Shown here: one piece after another, positions 21,575-30,114 of the stretch | Position numbering within the stretch: the stretch's first letter is position 1 | Layout: every line of letters starts with the position of its first letter | From: Planctomycetota bacterium | Lineage (GTDB): Bacteria > Planctomycetota > UBA8108 > SXIK01 | Length of the DNA: 64,000 bases | Direction of reading: 5' to 3' | Assembly (NCBI GenBank): GCA_965223265.1 | Contig: OZ244999.1 | Location: forward strand, 1,280,001-1,344,000 | Notes under the pieces: generated by a model | What the model was told of the DNA's origin: nothing | The model's database searches: none | The model's input: the letters and a program-made list of their open reading frames with translations, nothing else | Translations under genes and position numbers: made by a program

Positions 21575-21817
21575 ATCGATTGGGTTGATGGCTCGGGATC
21601 TTCGCGTTGGTCTTTCTCCTATCGTCGCGTTTTGTGTCTGCCAACACCAGAGGATTGTCCGGCGCAGGACTATACTAGATGTGCCGGTGGCCGTGATCAT
21701 TCGGCTGTGTGGACGCGCGCTTCGGCTGCCATACGCCGTGCTTCGGTGAAGTTCGGGAGTCGGTACTCTACGACCACCCAGGATTCGTGAAGACATGATC
21801 CTCAGTGGAGATCCTCT

Positions 21818-23077
21818 ATGAGAACGAGACAGACCAGGTGCTTTGTTCAGAGTCCCGCTTTCGGGTTGGCGATCTGTCTGTTGGTCGCTAACTCCTCTGC
21901 GTATGCCGACGGTAAGTACTTCGTCCGTCCCGAGGATCCGAGACCCGGCGAGCCATATCAGCGGGCGTTGATCTTGCACGACAGCGGCAAGGAGTTTCTT
22001 CTTGTCCAGCCACTGGTTGAGGGACCAGCGGACGACTTCGCCTGGGTTGTGCCTGTTCCCAACGTGCAGGCTGTGGGACATCTCGATGCTGATGACGCTG
22101 ACGAGATTTTCTACTACTTGGCTATGTTTTCGCTTCCTGATGCCTTGCGCGTGGGCCGGGTCGTTGCGTTCGTGGTGGTTGGCTTGGGCGCGGTCGTCGC
22201 GTTTTGCCTCAAGCGCAAAGCGATCGCGTGGGGCCTTAGTGTCCTGTTTTTGGTGCTCGGGTGGGAGGCTATGCCATCGCTGAGCCGTCCAGCGGCTAGA
22301 GGTGTCGAAATTGTGGCGGAGGCGCGTGTCGGTGTCTACGACACCAAGATTCTCAAGGCATCCGACCCTTCCGCTCTCAAGTCGTGGTTCGACGAGCATG
22401 GCTTCACGTTCGCCTCGGAGGACGAGAGCGTCTTCCGCGCCTACATCGAGCGCGGTTGGAGTTTTGTCGCCGCGCGCATCGTCGTCGATCAGCCTAAGAA
22501 TCGCGAGGATCTCTCGGAGAGAGGTTGGCTCCAGCCTCTCGCGATTCTGTTCGACACGGACGTGCCGGTTTATCCCTACGCTCTCACGGCGACGCTGGAT
22601 CATGCGGTCAACGTGCAGCTGTACGTTGGATCCTCCCAGCGAGTGACGTCGGCGCCACTGGAGACACAGTTCGCCGGCCGCTTGCCGCGGCTCCCGCCAC
22701 CGTGGCATGACGAAGAGCACGAAGAGCACGAAGAGCACGAAGAGCACGAAGAGCACGAAGAGCACGAAGAGCACGAAGAGCACGAAGAGCACGAAGAGCA
22801 CGAAGAGCACGAAGAGCACGAAGAGCACGAAGAGCACGAAGAGCACGAAGAGCACGAAGAGCACGAAGAAGTGGCCAGGTCAAATTTCGCGGTCACACCC
22901 GGCCTCTACGTCCAGTGGGCGATCGGCGCCGACACGGACCCAGGTGTGATTCGTTTCGAGAACGCGCAGTGGCTCACCACTCTGCAGGCGAAGATTGAAC
23001 CCGGAACAGCGAGCGACGACTTCTTGCTGACGCCAGTCCCTAACGCATCCTTCCAGCGCACGTTGTGGCGCTGGTGA
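21818..23077 (+). CDS. DUF2330-like protein with internal TM hairpin and (EEH)17 tract
   Basis: Signal peptide; QRALI...DFAWVVPVP; VGVYDTKIL...LKSWFDEHGF; YIERGWSFVAAR; LQPL...F...PVYP. Confidence 0.7.
   Translation: MRTRQTRCFVQSPAFGLAICLLVANSSAYADGKYFVRPEDPRPGEPYQRALILHDSGKEFLLVQPLVEGPADDFAWVVPVPNVQAVGHLDADDADEIFYYLAMFSLPDALRVGRVVAFVVVGLGAVVAFCLKRKAIAWGLSVLFLVLGWEAMPSLSRPAARGVEIVAEARVGVYDTKILKASDPSALKSWFDEHGFTFASEDESVFRAYIERGWSFVAARIVVDQPKNREDLSERGWLQPLAILFDTDVPVYPYALTATLDHAVNVQLYVGSSQRVTSAPLETQFAGRLPRLPPPWHDEEHEEHEEHEEHEEHEEHEEHEEHEEHEEHEEHEEHEEHEEHEEHEEHEEHEEVARSNFAVTPGLYVQWAIGADTDPGVIRFENAQWLTTLQAKIEPGTASDDFLLTPVPNASFQRTLWRW
22712..22864 (+). repeat. perfect 9-bp tandem repeat (GAAGAGCAC)x17, in frame
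   Basis: 153 bp = 17 identical units, counted directly. Confidence 0.97.
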
Positions 23078-23093
23078 TCTTTAGGTCGGCGTG

Positions 23094-23122
23094 AGCTCGA
23101 GTTTGGCCATTTCGCGTCGAGC
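23094..23122. repeat. dispersed copy of the 3954-4218 element arm
   Basis: AGCTCGAGTTTGGCCATTTCGCGTCGAGC is the exact reverse complement (29/29) of 4186-4214. It lies between convergent genes. Confidence 0.85.
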
Positions 23123-23168
23123 AATTCTCCGCCGCGGCAGTCGAGAGATTCTCCGGGTCCACAAAAGG

Positions 23169-24434
23169 CTATCTCTCCCATGGACTCTGATCGACCTCGA
23201 CGTCCATCTGTTGCAGCACCTGCAATGCGGCGCGACGGGATTCCGACGGGTTCGCGTCGATCGTCTCGCCTTTGACCGGGTCGTACGTCGAGAATTCTCT
23301 CTCGATCTGATATCGGTGATGTCGAGCTAACGTCGGTGCTTCCTTGAGTTGGCGAATCGTCTCGACGTAGCGACTCAGTTCGTCGTCGCTCAGCTCGCCC
23401 AGGGTGATCCTTTCGCGATCGATGAGCTTCTGGACGAAGAGGTCTCGGACCCAAGTGGCAGTCGTATTCGATTGCTGGATCGATTCGATCACCTTCCACG
23501 CTCGAGGCTGTGTTTGGCCATAGCCAAAACGCGGTGGTGGATCCCAGTGTGGAGGGAACTCGGCGCGTTCCCTGGACGACATGAAAGCCACTGCTTCAGC
23601 GACATGTCCGGACTCCAGCAGTCGTTCCGCTTTCGATCGGTTTTGCTGTTCCGGCTGTGTGATCGGCAGGAGGGCGGCACCGAGCAGTACAAGCCCAGCA
23701 GCAGTCAGCCACAGGGCGCCAGAGACTCGTCGCTGCGGCACACGAGATTGCGAGTCGACTTCAACCGGGACGGTTTGACGTTTCGCGATCGCAGACCGAA
23801 TAGTCCCGCAGAGCCAAATCGGCAAGGAGGCGACACCTATGAGTCCCGTGATGAGCGACGTTCCTTGAATGGCTGCTTCGCTTTCGCTAAGCCGTATGCC
23901 TCCCATGATGCTGAAGACCGGCAGAGGTGTTAAGTAGAGAATGATCAGCACTAGGACATCGGAGAAGAGCATCACGGGAAAGAGACTCTTCAAGAACGAG
24001 ACGCGGAATAAGACGCCCGACACTCGGGTGATGAGCAGCACTCTCCAAAGCGCCACAAGAGCAAGAAGCATCAGATTGAAGCGCACCGCGCCCACTGGCG
24101 ATAGGAAGCGCTCGATGGGGATGGCGTAGAGCCATGCCAGCGGCGCGGTCATCCAGAAACAAGCGAGGAAGGTTCTGTAGTCAGGAGACGTCCCCTCGCG
24201 GCGCAGAACGAGTCGGAGCACGGCGAACAGAAGCAGCGATGAAACGATCGATGCACCGAGCGGGATCAAAAGATGCCACGGTTCAGCCAGTAGGTCCTCG
24301 CCGTCGTACTCGCGGGCCAGCCCGGCTGAGATGACGAAAGCGAGCCCCAACCAGAGGGCGCTCCGACAACTGGCAACCTGCTCGATGGCATGCGGGCGTC
24401 CGGCGAGGAACTCTCTGAGTGACTGTAGATTCAC
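23169..24434 (-). CDS. multi-pass membrane protein of unknown function
   Basis: About 7-8 hydrophobic helices with conserved-looking SAGLAREYDGEDLLAEPWHL, FWMTAPLAWLYAIPIERF and FPPHWDPPP. GTG start 14 bp after the radical SAM stop. Confidence 0.75.
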   Translation of the reverse strand: MNLQSLREFLAGRPHAIEQVASCRSALWLGLAFVISAGLAREYDGEDLLAEPWHLLIPLGASIVSSLLLFAVLRLVLRREGTSPDYRTFLACFWMTAPLAWLYAIPIERFLSPVGAVRFNLMLLALVALWRVLLITRVSGVLFRVSFLKSLFPVMLFSDVLVLIILYLTPLPVFSIMGGIRLSESEAAIQGTSLITGLIGVASLPIWLCGTIRSAIAKRQTVPVEVDSQSRVPQRRVSGALWLTAAGLVLLGAALLPITQPEQQNRSKAERLLESGHVAEAVAFMSSRERAEFPPHWDPPPRFGYGQTQPRAWKVIESIQQSNTTATWVRDLFVQKLIDRERITLGELSDDELSRYVETIRQLKEAPTLARHHRYQIEREFSTYDPVKGETIDANPSESRRAALQVLQQMDVEVDQSPWER

Positions 24435-24447
24435 AGCGTGATCCCCT

Positions 24448-25761
24448 TCAAGACTTAGATAGCCGAGGATTGCGTTTCCAGACCTCTCGCCGAATGCGAT
24501 TTCGGCGCTCTGTGGCCGCCGGGCCGTGAACAACTGCCAGAACTCGACGGAATCCGGATTCCAGCTGCTCAACGCTCATGTTGTCCGGAGTGTACGTCAC
24601 ATCAAGGAGCGTATAGTGCGACCAACCGCGGTAGGGGAGCAAGCGACCGCGCTTCTTCAAACGATGATATAAGGCGGTTCCAGGAAACGGTGTCTGTACG
24701 GTCACCTGAACCTCCGCGAACGGGCTGCCCAGAATGAATTCGGTGAGCGCGTGCAAGGACGCGTCCGTTTCTCCTTCCGCGCCGGCGATGAAGCAGCCAT
24801 TGACTGCGACGCCGGCCTCCTGAATGGCTCGAACGGCGTCGAGCACGCGCTCCATCTCCGCCTGCTTGGCGCCCATACCAGGATAGCGGAAGACGAGCGA
24901 TTCGATGCCGACGAGCAGTTGCACACAGCCAGAGGCGGCCAAGCTTCTGAGCAATTCCGGGCGCTCGCCGATCCGCCAGTCGGCTTCAGTGAAGTAGCGC
25001 GTCTCTGCCGCCCCGAGCACTTCCAAAAGCGGTTCGGGGTCCCTGGGCCCGACGAACGTGCTGTCATCCGCCAGTTCGATCCATGGTTTCGGAGACATCT
25101 CGCAGAGGGCATCGACTTCGGCCTGAATTCGCTCCAGGGGTTTCTCCCGCAGCGGCCCGAGCAGGCGACTCGCGCCGCAAAAGTCGCACGCCATGGTGCA
25201 GCCGCGCTCGGTTTGGAGTGTCCAGCGCGCCGGCTTTCGGACTCCCAAGAGATCGAACCGAGGCATGGGCGCGCGGGACAGATCGAACGCGGCGTCGGCT
25301 CGATAGAGCGTTTTGAGTTCGCCAGCGGCGGCGTCTGACAAGACCTCCTGCCAAACCGATTCGCCGTCGCCGACGGCGACCGCGTCGACCGAGAGCTGAG
25401 CTTCGGCGGAGCAGGTCGTCGCGTGCAGACCACCGATGACTGTGCGAACTCCACGCTCGCGCACCTGACGGCAGAAGGCGTAAGCATCGTTGACGGAGGC
25501 GGTGAGGGCCGAGACCGCGAGGAGGTCGGGCTGCTGGGAAAGGACTGTGTCGAGAAGCTTTTCGGTGTCCTGCGAGCCATCGTGATAGCTGCACTGCCAT
25601 GGCTCGGGAGTCATACCCGCCAATGTCAGCAGACCGAGGGCAGGAAGTTCTTCCAATGCAGCCACTCGCGGCTTGAGTCCGGGCAGCGTCAAGCCGAGTT
25701 CGCGCAGCTCGTCAGAGCAGATGCGCAGACCGGTGAACGGTACGAAGGCGACGTGGGGCAT
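24448..25761 (-). CDS. B12-binding radical SAM protein
   Basis: PALGLLTLAG, IGGLHAT, VGDGE (cobalamin-binding domain); ERGCTMACDFC (CX3CX2C); IGIES; TPFPGTALY. Confidence 0.9.
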   Translation of the reverse strand: MPHVAFVPFTGLRICSDELRELGLTLPGLKPRVAALEELPALGLLTLAGMTPEPWQCSYHDGSQDTEKLLDTVLSQQPDLLAVSALTASVNDAYAFCRQVRERGVRTVIGGLHATTCSAEAQLSVDAVAVGDGESVWQEVLSDAAAGELKTLYRADAAFDLSRAPMPRFDLLGVRKPARWTLQTERGCTMACDFCGASRLLGPLREKPLERIQAEVDALCEMSPKPWIELADDSTFVGPRDPEPLLEVLGAAETRYFTEADWRIGERPELLRSLAASGCVQLLVGIESLVFRYPGMGAKQAEMERVLDAVRAIQEAGVAVNGCFIAGAEGETDASLHALTEFILGSPFAEVQVTVQTPFPGTALYHRLKKRGRLLPYRGWSHYTLLDVTYTPDNMSVEQLESGFRRVLAVVHGPAATERRNRIRREVWKRNPRLSKS

Positions 25762-25810
25762 GGAGGTGTTGTAACGACGCAGGGCGCTTTTGCAAACGCA
25801 GCGTTGGACG

Positions 25811-25930
25811 GAGGCGGAGGCAGAGGCGGAGGCAGAGACAGAGGCAGAGGCGGAGGCAGAGACAGAGGCAGAGGCGGAGGCAGAGACAGAGGCAGAGGCG
25901 GAGGCAGAGACAGAGGCAGAGGCAGAGGCA
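25811..25930 (+). repeat. 20 purine-rich hexamers (GAGGCG/GAGGCA/GAGACA) including four 24-bp higher-order units
   Basis: Read directly; the unit GAGGCGGAGGCAGAGACAGAGGCA repeats at 25823-25918. Confidence 0.92.
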
Positions 25931-25957
25931 GAAGAGACGGGCCGCCCACGCCCACGC
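25913..25957 (+). repeat. left 45-bp direct repeat flanking the four-helix-bundle gene
   Basis: GAGGCAGAGGCAGAGGCAGAAGAGACGGGCCGCCCACGCCCACGC; 42/45 identical to 26543-26587. Confidence 0.9.
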
Positions 25958-26003
25958 TCACGATCGAGTCGGAGCCGGAGAAGATGTGTTGCTTGAGTGG
26001 CGT

Positions 26004-26127
26004 GCGGCGGCGGCTGTGTCGATCTTAACCGCAGCAGAGCCGGCCTCAAGGGTGCCCTCGCTGCGCTCGGCGCTTCGCGCCCTTGACCCCGTCTCTGCTG
26101 CGGTTGGTGGCAGTGAAACGCCGCCGC
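26004..26127 (+). ncRNA. putative structured leader RNA / ssDNA hairpin upstream of the four-helix-bundle gene
   Basis: Nested stems GCGGCGGCG/CGCCGCCGC (26004-12/26119-27), AACCGCAGCAGAG/CTCTGCTGCGGTT (26027-39/26093-105, perfect) and TCAAGGG/CCCTTGA (26046-52/26080-86), capped by CGCTGCGCTCGGCGCTTCGCG. Confidence 0.55.
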
Positions 26128-26172
26128 GTCGTGCGTCGGCGACAGTTCACTGGCCGTTGACCGGAGTCACAC

Positions 26173-26496
26173 ATGAGCTTTCTTGCTCTGGATCACTCTT
26201 TTTGCATCGTCCGTCAGCTGCGTCCTCTTGTCTCGAGCGTTCGTCGTCACGACTCGAAGCTCGCGGCTCAGCTGCGCGACGCTGGTTCGTCCGTGGCACT
26301 CAACCTTGGCGAGGGCAATCGGCGTCAGGGTCGTGACCGCGGACATCTTTGGCGCATCGCTTCGGGCAGCGCTGAAGAGGTGCGCACGGCGCTTCGTGTT
26401 GCCGAAGCTTGGGGCTACATCGATGCATCGCACACCTCTGCGGTGCTCGCGGACATCGATGCGCTGCAGGCGATGCTCTGGAAGCTGACGCACTGA
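26173..26496 (+). CDS. four helix bundle protein (23S rRNA IVP / Avd-like family)
   Basis: LAAQLRDAGSSVALNLGEG, RIASGSAEEVRTAL, AWGYI and AMLWKL match the family pattern (QLRRA..SI..NIAEG; IA.GS..E); GGAG RBS. Confidence 0.9.
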   Translation: MSFLALDHSFCIVRQLRPLVSSVRRHDSKLAAQLRDAGSSVALNLGEGNRRQGRDRGHLWRIASGSAEEVRTALRVAEAWGYIDASHTSAVLADIDALQAMLWKLTH

Positions 26497-26542
26497 GGCG
26501 AGGGCCTCGGGCCCGCTGTGCGTTGTTTAGTGCGGCGGGTTT

Positions 26543-26610
26543 GAGGCGGAGGCAGATGCAGAAGAGACGGGCCGCCGACGCCCACGCAAACGCCCACGCA
26601 AACGCCCACC
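26543..26610 (+). repeat. right direct repeat plus (C/A)ACGC(C/A) hexamers
   Basis: GAGGCGGAGGCAGATGCAGAAGAGACGGGCCGCCGACGCCCACGC followed by AAACGCCCACGCAAACGCCCAC. Confidence 0.9.
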
Positions 26611-26952
26611 GAGGCGAAACTACACAGCCTTTCCTTGGCGCCGTTCGCTTTCCTTGGGCCGCACACTTGGAAGGAGAACTTGTCGACGCGTATCTATGGC
26701 CTGTTCTCCTTACCACGCTGGATGTCGGCGCGACTCGTTCGAGGCACGAAGAACCGCCGGATTCGCTGGTTTCACTTCAGGGGGCGTGCGGGTAGAACGG
26801 ATGGGGCTGACGTCAACGAACTCAAGGCGCTACCTGTCGAGCGCTTTACGATCGGAGAATTGCGGACGCACCGACGGGTCGCCTTCGTTCCCTGACTTCG
26901 GACGCGTTTGCAGGGATGAGAGAGACCGCTAAGGCGGTGATTCGAGGACTTT

Positions 26953-28893
26953 GTGCTGAAACCATTCTTTGCATCCTTTCTTCTCGGGGTCATCTTCCTA
27001 TTCACCGTCAACGATCGGCTTCGAGCACAGAACTTGAGCGTCGTTTCGGTGACACCAGCGCGTCACAGCCTCAGTGCGCCCGTCAACTCGACGATCACCA
27101 TCGAGTTCGACCGGCCACTTTCTCGGGCGACGGTTGTACCAGAAAGCTTTTGGGCGTTCGGTCGCTGGAGTGGGACCGTCTCCGGTACCTACACGTTTTC
27201 TAACGACGATCAGATGGTCGCGCTGGTGCCGGATCGGCCGTTTTCAGCTGGTGAGACCGTCATGGTCATTCTCTCGCATGACCTGCAGGCCACCGACGGA
27301 TCGTTCTTGCGCCAGGCCGGCTACTCGTATCAGTTCTGGACTCGAGCTGCTGCCGCCGCGATGGAATTTCATCGCACCGACGTCCTTTCGACGCGCACGA
27401 CGACGCAGACTAGGACGTACGGAGGTTTTGCATCTGACTTGAACCGCGACGGCTGGCTCGACCTCTCCATGGTCCACGAGGACTCGGCGGATGTGCGCGT
27501 CTTTTTGAACACTGCTGACGGCTCGGGGAGCTTCGAGCCGTTTCTCGAGCCGACGACTCCGGTGGGCGCGGGCGCCAGTCCCAACGAGCCAGCCGACTTC
27601 AACCATGATGGCCACGTAGATGCCTGCGTCGCCAACAGCGCTCACGACACTGTGTCGATTTTGCTCGGTAACGGTGATGGGACTTTTCAGCCGCAGCAAG
27701 TGGTGGACGTGGGTGGAACTCCAAGAGGAGTCGCAGTTCTTGACGCCGACGGAGACGGGGACATCGACATCGTTTCGACGAGCGACACGGAAAGCCACTT
27801 GGCGTATCTGGAGAACGACGGAGCTGGCGTCTTCGCCGATCCCGTTTTCTTCGAAGCTGGCGGTACCCGTCGCGAGTGGGCTCTCGCAGCTAGCGACATG
27901 AATGACGACGGAATCCTCGACTTGGTCGTTGGGAACCGCTCCGGTGGCGGCACATCCGGGGAGATCGTGATCAACCTTGGCAACGGCGACGGCACTTTCA
28001 CCGCGCTTCCTGACGTGCACCTGACGATCGGCCGAGTCTGGATGCTCGTCTGCGGAGATTTGAACGGTGATACCCACGAAGACGTCGCGCTGTGCAACAT
28101 TAACAACAGCAACGCTGCCGTCGGCGGCGCAGCCATCTTGCTAGGTAACGGCGACGGTACTCTGCAGACCGCCGTGGACTACCCGATTTCGAGATTCGAT
28201 CCGACGTCAACAGACCTAGGTGATCTCGATGGTGACGGAGACCTGGACTGGATGGTGGGCGCATCAACTGCACCTGGCCGGTGGTCGATCTTTACGAACG
28301 ACGGGAATGGAGTGTTTACGTTGTTCGAGGAAATCCCTGCGGCGCGTTCAGCTTCGTGCACTCTCATGCTCGACTTCGACAACGACGGCGACCTCGACCT
28401 GGGGCTGGTCGATGAGTTTAGCGACACGGTCACGTTGATGGAAAGCCGTGAGCCTCTGGACTGCAATACAAACGAGATCAGTGATCGCACGGACATCCGG
28501 GACGGGACGAGCCAGGACTGCAACTTGAACGAAATTCCAGACGAGTGTGACATCGAGAGTGACGTATCTGCGGATCTCAACGAAAACGGTGTGCCCGATG
28601 AGTGTGAATTGAACTTCCTTCGCGGCGAGTGCAACGACGACGGCGAAGTCGACGTGTCGGACGCCGTGTGCATTCTCGATTGGCGCTTCGGGAACCTTCC
28701 GGAGCCGAGTTGTGTCGCCGCGACCGACACGAACGGCGACGCCGACGTTGATATTTCCGACGCAATCTGGCTCCTCAATTTTCTGTTTCTGGAAGACACT
28801 CCTCCACCGACCGAGCCGTTCCCCGATTGCGGGCCGAGTTCCTTAGTGGCCGACGATGAGCTGGGATGTGTGGCGTCGATGGACTGTCCGTAG
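26953..28893 (+). CDS. secreted Ig-like (Big_5) + FG-GAP/VCBS repeat protein with DCNxNxxPDEC repeats and dockerin-like tail
   Basis: Signal peptide; VVSVTP...ITIEFDRPL; about seven D(L/F)NxDGxxD repeats; DCNLNEIPDEC; FLRGECNDDGEVDVSDA...DTNGDADVDISDA. Confidence 0.88.
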   Translation: MLKPFFASFLLGVIFLFTVNDRLRAQNLSVVSVTPARHSLSAPVNSTITIEFDRPLSRATVVPESFWAFGRWSGTVSGTYTFSNDDQMVALVPDRPFSAGETVMVILSHDLQATDGSFLRQAGYSYQFWTRAAAAAMEFHRTDVLSTRTTTQTRTYGGFASDLNRDGWLDLSMVHEDSADVRVFLNTADGSGSFEPFLEPTTPVGAGASPNEPADFNHDGHVDACVANSAHDTVSILLGNGDGTFQPQQVVDVGGTPRGVAVLDADGDGDIDIVSTSDTESHLAYLENDGAGVFADPVFFEAGGTRREWALAASDMNDDGILDLVVGNRSGGGTSGEIVINLGNGDGTFTALPDVHLTIGRVWMLVCGDLNGDTHEDVALCNINNSNAAVGGAAILLGNGDGTLQTAVDYPISRFDPTSTDLGDLDGDGDLDWMVGASTAPGRWSIFTNDGNGVFTLFEEIPAARSASCTLMLDFDNDGDLDLGLVDEFSDTVTLMESREPLDCNTNEISDRTDIRDGTSQDCNLNEIPDECDIESDVSADLNENGVPDECELNFLRGECNDDGEVDVSDAVCILDWRFGNLPEPSCVAATDTNGDADVDISDAIWLLNFLFLEDTPPPTEPFPDCGPSSLVADDELGCVASMDCP

Positions 28894-29116
28894 CTCGGGC
28901 GGTCGAGGGCGCGCGTGAGGGCCAGTGAGAGAGTCCGAAAGATCGTTGTGTCACGGCGCAACCTTCGTGATGCACGTCCCGGGAGGATCCGAGCGAGTCT
29001 AGGCTACTGCATCGCGGACGATTGCTTACTGCACGGCGGCAACTCGTGTAGACTGAAGGCGCTATCAACACCCTCGGTCAACACCACACAGTCAGCACCA
29101 CTCAAGGCACGGAAGC

Positions 29117-30055
29117 ATGTCCGAGTCTTTCACCCGTCGACAGTTATTCCTTTCTGCCGCCGCCGGCATGGCTGGCTCTGCGGCGCATGGGCTGACCACG
29201 ACGACCGACGCGTTGGCCGAACCGTCCCGTTCGCCGAGCGACTCGGTCGATCGGATCGCCGCGATCGATGTCCACGGGCACTACGGCAATTACAACCGCA
29301 CCGAGGCGACCGGACTGATCAAGGAATTCATGTCGGCGAGCGCCGCTGCGGTGGTGGAACGGGGGCTCCAGGCGGGTGTTCACTGGACGATCGCTTCGCC
29401 CTTGCAGGCACTTCTGCCGCGCCGCGGGGCAGACCCCGTCGGCGGGAACGACGACGCGTTTCGCACCGTGCCGAAGACTGACGGTATGCTGCAGTGGGTC
29501 GTCGTTGACCCTCTGAAGCCGAAGACGTACGAGCAGGCCAAGCTCATGCTGCGTTCGCCGCACTGCGTTGGCATCAAGATGCACCCGGAGGAGCACGACT
29601 ACCCGATCACCAAGTACGGCGCGGAACTCTTCAAGTTCGCCGCCGACCACGCCAAGGTGCTCTTGTTTCACAGTGGCTGCCAAAACAGCGAGCCGGGCGA
29701 CTACGTCAAGCTCGCCGACGATCACCCTGACATGACGGTGATCCTCGCGCATCTCGGCAACGGTCATGACGATGACCCGGCGCACCAAGTGCGCGCCATT
29801 CAAGACAGCAAACGCGGCAACCTTTACGTCGACACTTCGAGCGCGAAGAGCATCCTCCCGGGGCTCATCGAGTGGGCCGTCAAGGAGATCGGCGCCGGCC
29901 AGATTCTCTTCGGCACGGATACGCCGCTCTACTTCGCGCCGATGCAGCGTGCGCGCATCGATCACGCCGCGATCAGCTACGCCGACAAGCGGAAGATCCT
30001 TTGGGGGAACGCGGCGCGGATCTTTGGCCTGGAGGAGCGAAGGGCGAAGAAGTAA
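29117..30055 (+). CDS. Tat-exported amidohydrolase family 2 protein
   Basis: TRRQLF; IDVHGH, GIKMHP, FHSG, ILAHLG, LFGTDTP, KILWGNAARIF. Confidence 0.88.
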   Translation: MSESFTRRQLFLSAAAGMAGSAAHGLTTTTDALAEPSRSPSDSVDRIAAIDVHGHYGNYNRTEATGLIKEFMSASAAAVVERGLQAGVHWTIASPLQALLPRRGADPVGGNDDAFRTVPKTDGMLQWVVVDPLKPKTYEQAKLMLRSPHCVGIKMHPEEHDYPITKYGAELFKFAADHAKVLLFHSGCQNSEPGDYVKLADDHPDMTVILAHLGNGHDDDPAHQVRAIQDSKRGNLYVDTSSAKSILPGLIEWAVKEIGAGQILFGTDTPLYFAPMQRARIDHAAISYADKRKILWGNAARIFGLEERRAKK

Positions 30056-30090
30056 TCGGATACCTGACACGAAGGCGACCGCGCGGAACC

Positions 30091-30114
30091 GTGGCGGCGT
30101 TAGCCGAACGCCGC
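30091..30114. repeat. GTGG-footed REP-like hairpin / possible bidirectional terminator
   Basis: GTG-GCGGCGTT-AGCCG-AACGCCGC between convergent stop codons. Confidence 0.5.

Noticed and set aside
22712-22864. CRISPR array
   Set aside because: Contiguous 9-bp units with no spacers, in frame in a CDS, and no cas genes.
21575-22864. 430-aa N-terminal extension (LFV repeats) of the minus-strand DUF1553 ORF
   Set aside because: Antisense shadow of the DUF2330-like gene and its repeat.
25689-26049. Low-complexity ORFs (SASASV, EAEAET, GRGGGRD, LPLPLS)
   Set aside because: Hexamer tracts are stop-free in most frames; no RBS or domain support. The same applies to 34241-34664.
25811-26610. Diversity-generating retroelement or 23S rRNA intervening sequence
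   Set aside because: No reverse transcriptase, no TR/VR pair with adenine-specific differences, and no rRNA sequence in the window.
26620-26900. Possible gene remnant downstream of the cassette
   Set aside because: Protein-like fragments in two frames but no recognisable family or start signal.
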